Origin: a virus
Taxonomy: Duplodnaviria > Caudoviricetes
Direction: 5' to 3' (one strand)
IMG/VR virus record: IMGVR_UViG_3300025569_000023
Location: 1 to 39,011 of that record
Length of the DNA: 39,011 nucleotides
Part shown: in pieces, positions 34,979-39,011 of the stretch
Layout: every line of letters begins with the position of its first letter
How positions within the stretch are numbered: the stretch's first letter is position 1
Notes under the pieces: generated by a model
What the model saw: the letters and a program-made list of their open reading frames with translations, nothing else
The model's database searches: none
What the model was told of the DNA's origin: nothing
Program-made: the position numbers and the translations under genes

Positions 34979-36299
34979 TATTTTCCTGGCTATCTAATTG
35001 TTCTGCTTGCGCATCTAACAATTCAATTTCTGCCATATTTTTATTTAATCTTACTAGACGTTCTTCCTCACTAAACATATTAACTGGGGTATAGTAAATA
35101 TCTCCTTTCCCATCTGCTCTAGGGTTAAAACCTTCAAGTCCTCGAATATCGTCAGGTGATAATGCACCTACTTGATACATTTTAGAATAATAAGAAGCTC
35201 TTGAATCAGAATCACCGGCAGTTAAAATTCGTGTATTGAATCTAATTTTTTTACGCAGCCTTTGACCTCTCGATACTAATTTTCTTTGTAATTCGTTTTC
35301 CCATTTAGCTGCATAAGGAAAAATGGTATAATTAACAAATTCAAAAGATTGCATTTCAATATTTGAAAATGTACTACGACCTAACTCTGATAATAAATGT
35401 AAAGGTATACCAAAAATTCTAGAAATATCTCCAATTGTTTTATTTGCTAATTCAACGACTAAGGCATCTCTGGGCGGGAGTTTATTTGTTCGGTATTCGA
35501 GACCCGAATGTAAGACTGGAGTAGAATTTACATTTCTTATGCCTTCGTAATCTGAAAATTCTTCTTTAATTTCTTGTTGTTCTTTTTTAGATAAGTGTTC
35601 AGGTGTATATAAATAACCACTTAAATGTGCACCGTTATCATAAAAATTAGTACTATAATTAGTCGTTTGTAAACCTAATCTAAATGTATCACTGTGTTTA
35701 TATAATTTACTTTTACCAATTAAACCAGGTGCATTTGGAATATTACCAGCACCATGTGTACCTGAACTACTCATAGCTATTCCTACAAGATGTATCATAT
35801 CTTGTGGATCAACTACCATATTATAACCTAATCCATCATTATGACTAGACAGTACTGTATAAAAAAAATCACCATTAACAACATTCACATATACATCTTG
35901 TGGATGTATCATTATTAATTCAACAGGTTTGTTTCTGGAATCACGTCTTATCCATGCGTAGGCATTTTCATATAAAGCTAAAAATGCCGTCATTGTTTCA
36001 TAAAATGTAAAAGCCGAATACCTATCTGAAGGATATTCGAGCAACATTAACAAATCATCGTCGTCTGATGGAATAAAACCTTTGGCGGACTTAATTAATA
36101 CTTGTTTATCTATTCTAGCAAGGTTCCATCCTAATAATTCAAGGCATCTGGTAACACCAGATATTCCTAGGACAGTAGTTTCCGAATAATTGACTGTGGA
36201 ATTTCCTGGAAAGAAGATTTTAAATATTCCAGAATCATTTAGGCCCAATGACCTGAGCCATTTTTTTAGTCTGCTGGTCGCTAATTGGACTAAATTCAT
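34920..36299 (-). CDS. HK97-family portal protein
   Basis: NAYAWI.R, DMIHL, FYDNGA, ISRIFGIP.HLL, TFSNIE, DIRGLEG.NP. Confidence 0.95.
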   Translation of the reverse strand: MNLVQLATSRLKKWLRSLGLNDSGIFKIFFPGNSTVNYSETTVLGISGVTRCLELLGWNLARIDKQVLIKSAKGFIPSDDDDLLMLLEYPSDRYSAFTFYETMTAFLALYENAYAWIRRDSRNKPVELIMIHPQDVYVNVVNGDFFYTVLSSHNDGLGYNMVVDPQDMIHLVGIAMSSSGTHGAGNIPNAPGLIGKSKLYKHSDTFRLGLQTTNYSTNFYDNGAHLSGYLYTPEHLSKKEQQEIKEEFSDYEGIRNVNSTPVLHSGLEYRTNKLPPRDALVVELANKTIGDISRIFGIPLHLLSELGRSTFSNIEMQSFEFVNYTIFPYAAKWENELQRKLVSRGQRLRKKIRFNTRILTAGDSDSRASYYSKMYQVGALSPDDIRGLEGFNPRADGKGDIYYTPVNMFSEEERLVRLNKNMAEIELLDAQAEQLDSQENIDNNDDPNQKPGAAPDSQE

Positions 36300-36302
36300 A
36301 AT

Positions 36303-36335
36303 TAAATATACACCTTTTTTTCGACATAAAAAAAC
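36303..36335 (-). promoter_or_regulatory. promoter P6 directly upstream of the portal gene
   Basis: Minus strand TTTATGTCGAAAAAAAGGTGTATATTTAATTATG, close in architecture to P1. Confidence 0.55.
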
Positions 36336-36353
36336 GGATTTTAAAATATTTTT

Positions 36354-37955
36354 TTAAGCCGTTTTGGTCTCTACGACAAATAAAGATGGTTTTCTATATT
36401 TTTTCCTAAAATGTTCATATACTGCAAAAGCGTTTACTAAAGCAGACCATGAATCTACTTTATCTTTACTGGCTTTTTTATGTATTCTTATATTTTCATT
36501 AATATCTTCATATATTTGTATATTTTCAAATTCCCACTCGATCAATTTATTTTCATCATATCTTAATTTATTTGTATTCATTAATCTTTCTATTAAAACA
36601 GTTGGATCATTTAAAAATTTAGTCGTTTGTGTTATTGGAAAGACTTCTATACCCAAAGCTTCTTGTACTTGTCCTATAAATGTATCTGCTCGCCATGCAT
36701 CATACCCTACTCCGCGTACGTTTAGCTCTTCTGTTGCAGTTAAAAAGTCACCAAATATCTCCTGTAAATCAATCATATTGCCAGGAGTAGGATAAATATA
36801 TTTCATTTTCATCCAATATTCATAATTTACATTTTCGTTAGTAGTCCTGTATTTAATACGTTCAATAGGACAATATGTAAAAGGTATCCATATAAAATAA
36901 CCAAGAGTATCGTATGTATCAAATAACAAAGCAATGGATGTTAAATCTTTAGATGAACTAAGGTCTACACCAACATAACATTTATAATCTTTTAATAAAA
37001 TTTTCCAGTTTTTAATATCAAATTCTGTAAACGTATTTCTTTTTTCACATCTATTAAGATTAAACCAATTTTGATAAGCACCAACCCATTTACCTAAATG
37101 TAATCTGAGATAATCATTTAATGAAGTTGGTCTAGCTTTTGTTTCTAATATAATATTATCATAATATCTTTCATTTGTTGTAATACCAAACGAGGGATTA
37201 CATTGCTTGATATATTCAAAATTGAATGGATCATCTTCGGCTTCATCCGGTGCTTCATATATCTTAACTAACCAGTGTGGCATTTCTAAATTTCCACGTT
37301 CAACATCTTTACATATTAAAAACATTTCATGTGGAAATGTATTTTTTATACCAGCATTAGATAATGATATGATCAAAGGTTGTGGTCTAGATACTATACC
37401 CTTTGTTATAGCTTCCCATAAATTTTTATTTGGTTGAATATGTAATTCATCAAATACAGCACCATGTACATTAAACCCATGTTTTGTTTCTGATTCTGCG
37501 GATAATACTCTAAATATACTTTTTCTCCTATCATAATATATTTCATTTTTCAGAACTTTAAACTCTTTAGTTAAATAAGGATCCATTTCAACCATAGTTT
37601 TTGCATCATCAAAAACTATTCTAGCTTGATCTTTATCACCTGCTAAAGCATATACTTTTGCACCAGGTTCATCATCCGGACCTAATAAATATAGACTTAA
37701 TCCAGATGTTAGAGTGGATTTACCATTTTTCTTAGGTATCCATAAAAAACCATGGGTATATCTACGTTTTCCATCTGGTAAAACTTCACCAAATAATTGT
37801 GAAATAAATTCCTTTTGCCAATCCAACAAATTTAATAATTCACCTGCTTGTTCACCTTGAATATTTCTACATCTTTTTTGTAAGAAATTTATTACACGAT
37901 CCACTTTGGATTGATCATACATATACTTCAACCGCCGTTCATTTCCCTGTAACAT
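36354..37955 (-). CDS. terL: terminase large subunit
   Basis: IPKKNGKS Walker A, VFDELH Walker B, GVDLSSSKDLT, KVDSWSA. Confidence 0.96.
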   Translation of the reverse strand: MLQGNERRLKYMYDQSKVDRVINFLQKRCRNIQGEQAGELLNLLDWQKEFISQLFGEVLPDGKRRYTHGFLWIPKKNGKSTLTSGLSLYLLGPDDEPGAKVYALAGDKDQARIVFDDAKTMVEMDPYLTKEFKVLKNEIYYDRRKSIFRVLSAESETKHGFNVHGAVFDELHIQPNKNLWEAITKGIVSRPQPLIISLSNAGIKNTFPHEMFLICKDVERGNLEMPHWLVKIYEAPDEAEDDPFNFEYIKQCNPSFGITTNERYYDNIILETKARPTSLNDYLRLHLGKWVGAYQNWFNLNRCEKRNTFTEFDIKNWKILLKDYKCYVGVDLSSSKDLTSIALLFDTYDTLGYFIWIPFTYCPIERIKYRTTNENVNYEYWMKMKYIYPTPGNMIDLQEIFGDFLTATEELNVRGVGYDAWRADTFIGQVQEALGIEVFPITQTTKFLNDPTVLIERLMNTNKLRYDENKLIEWEFENIQIYEDINENIRIHKKASKDKVDSWSALVNAFAVYEHFRKKYRKPSLFVVETKTA

Positions 37956-37956
37956 G

Positions 37957-38475
37957 TTACCCTTTTAAATTAAACGGATCATCTTCATTTTCTGATTCTC
38001 TACCTGGCGTTCCGATAATATCTGATTTATATTTTGATAAATGATAACCAAACGATGCAGCAGCTTTAGGTGTTAATAAAAACAATTCTTCGTATTTTCT
38101 TAAAATACTATCTATTCTTACCAATGCTGCTAAATATGGTGATGTTTTTTCTACTTCATATGATTCATCTTTTCGTATAACAGTTTGTTTAATTATCGGT
38201 TCCATTAAAGCTTTTTCCAATAATTTATCATGCAACATTAAATACCTAACATATCTTTCTAATTGATGAACACCTACTTCATACAATAAACCAATTGCAT
38301 TTAAATTGGTAAAAATCAAATAATATAATTGTTCAGCGTGCGGATCTTGCGCAATATCTGCCGGAGCTGTTGGTATTACTTTTACTTTTTTTAATTGTTC
38401 TTCAAAAAAAGTCTCATGAGAATCAAAAGTCTCACGCGCTAATTTTAACCGCGCCGGTATTTTATTTGCTCCCAT
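37957..38475 (-). CDS. terS: terminase small subunit (P27-like)
   Basis: Upstream of terL; SPYL..., FLLTPKA, EDDPF C-terminus. Confidence 0.8.
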   Translation of the reverse strand: MGANKIPARLKLARETFDSHETFFEEQLKKVKVIPTAPADIAQDPHAEQLYYLIFTNLNAIGLLYEVGVHQLERYVRYLMLHDKLLEKALMEPIIKQTVIRKDESYEVEKTSPYLAALVRIDSILRKYEELFLLTPKAAASFGYHLSKYKSDIIGTPGRESENEDDPFNLKG

Positions 38476-38885
38476 AATTTTGGTTCTAATTGTTCAGCAA
38501 TTTTATCTACAATAACCAATTTTAAATGATCGGTTGGATATAACCATTTACCATCAGTATAATAGTCTAATCCTTCGATCAAATTATCAAAAATACCGCG
38601 AGATTCCAGGTTTCTTTTTATTTGATGTGCAATATTACTTAAAGCCATCAAATTTGACCTATCCCGCATAGAACCTAGTGCAGATATACGTATAATATGA
38701 TCCACCATTTGAGAATCCCGATACTGGCCCAAATAATAATATACTGCACAGTATCTGCCAATATCCGAAGTCATTACAGATGTCCTAAGTGTTTGCCAAT
38801 CTTTTGAATTGTAAAACTTTTTGTCAGGATTATTACTCTGAGTCTTCGGATGATGATAATCAATCTTAGAAGTTATTAGTTTCAT
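38445..38885 (-). CDS. terminase-associated HNH endonuclease
   Basis: FYNSKDWQTLR, VDHII, NLMAL...HQIK; upstream of terS; ATG 38885. Confidence 0.8.
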   Translation of the reverse strand: MKLITSKIDYHHPKTQSNNPDKKFYNSKDWQTLRTSVMTSDIGRYCAVYYYLGQYRDSQMVDHIIRISALGSMRDRSNLMALSNIAHQIKRNLESRGIFDNLIEGLDYYTDGKWLYPTDHLKLVIVDKIAEQLEPKLWEQIKYRRG

Positions 38886-38889
38886 ATCG

Positions 38890-38920
38890 GCAATATACAA
38901 CTTTTTACAATAGAAAAAAA
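38890..38920 (-). promoter_or_regulatory. promoter P7 upstream of the HNH/terminase operon
   Basis: Minus strand TTGTATATTGC (identical to the P4 core) 4 nt before the ATG. Confidence 0.55.
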
Positions 38921-39011
38921 GCGATTTCTAGCTATTTTTATATTTAGAAAGGGTATGATCAATTAGATAGTACGAGCTGATCAAAATTGGCACTTGAAAT
39001 CTCTCCCCCTA

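Noticed and set aside
20777-37437. Numerous short + strand ORFs inside structural genes
   Set aside because: Antisense shadows of well-supported - strand genes, with no motifs or expression signals.
1-39011. Stop-codon reassignment
   Set aside because: Genes are intact and densely packed under the standard code, and TAA, TGA and TAG all end genes at sensible positions.
1-39011. tRNA genes, integrase/attP, flanking host genes
   Set aside because: No cloverleaf or recombinase motifs and no host housekeeping genes recognised by eye; tRNAscan/HMM searches would be needed for certainty.

Overview
This window looks like an essentially complete ~39-kb AT-rich siphovirus-type phage genome. Bacteroidota-type TAnnTT(T/G) promoter boxes, the lack of obvious Shine-Dalgarno motifs and Gln+1 signal peptides point to a Bacteroidota host. 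The + strand arm (~1-18.1 kb) holds an AT-rich repeat end, small early genes, a probable origin, nucleotide metabolism genes (dUTPase, dCMP deaminase, a thymidylate-synthase-fold enzyme with the dCMP-specifying Asp), a Prim-Pol/VirE-type primase-helicase, family B polymerase and nucleases. The - strand arm (~18.2-38.9 kb) holds an HK97-like morphogenesis module followed by five consecutive genes with export signals, including the tail-fibre-like protein. I could not recognise an integrase, CI repressor or endolysin. The most unusual signals are: (1) a transcription-oriented near-palindrome TGTAATAAATTT(A/C)TTAC(A/G)TT at 7-8 sites, three times forming the whole stop-to-start spacer, with two nuclease-less NUMOD paralogues as candidate binders; (2) the signal-peptide fibre/lipoprotein cassette where lysis genes would normally sit; (3) a possible cytosine-modification or alternative dTMP pathway alongside a PolB with a motif-B Tyr-to-Ser change; (4) a self-contained structured ncRNA unit. 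All family calls come from motif recognition by eye; no searches were run.
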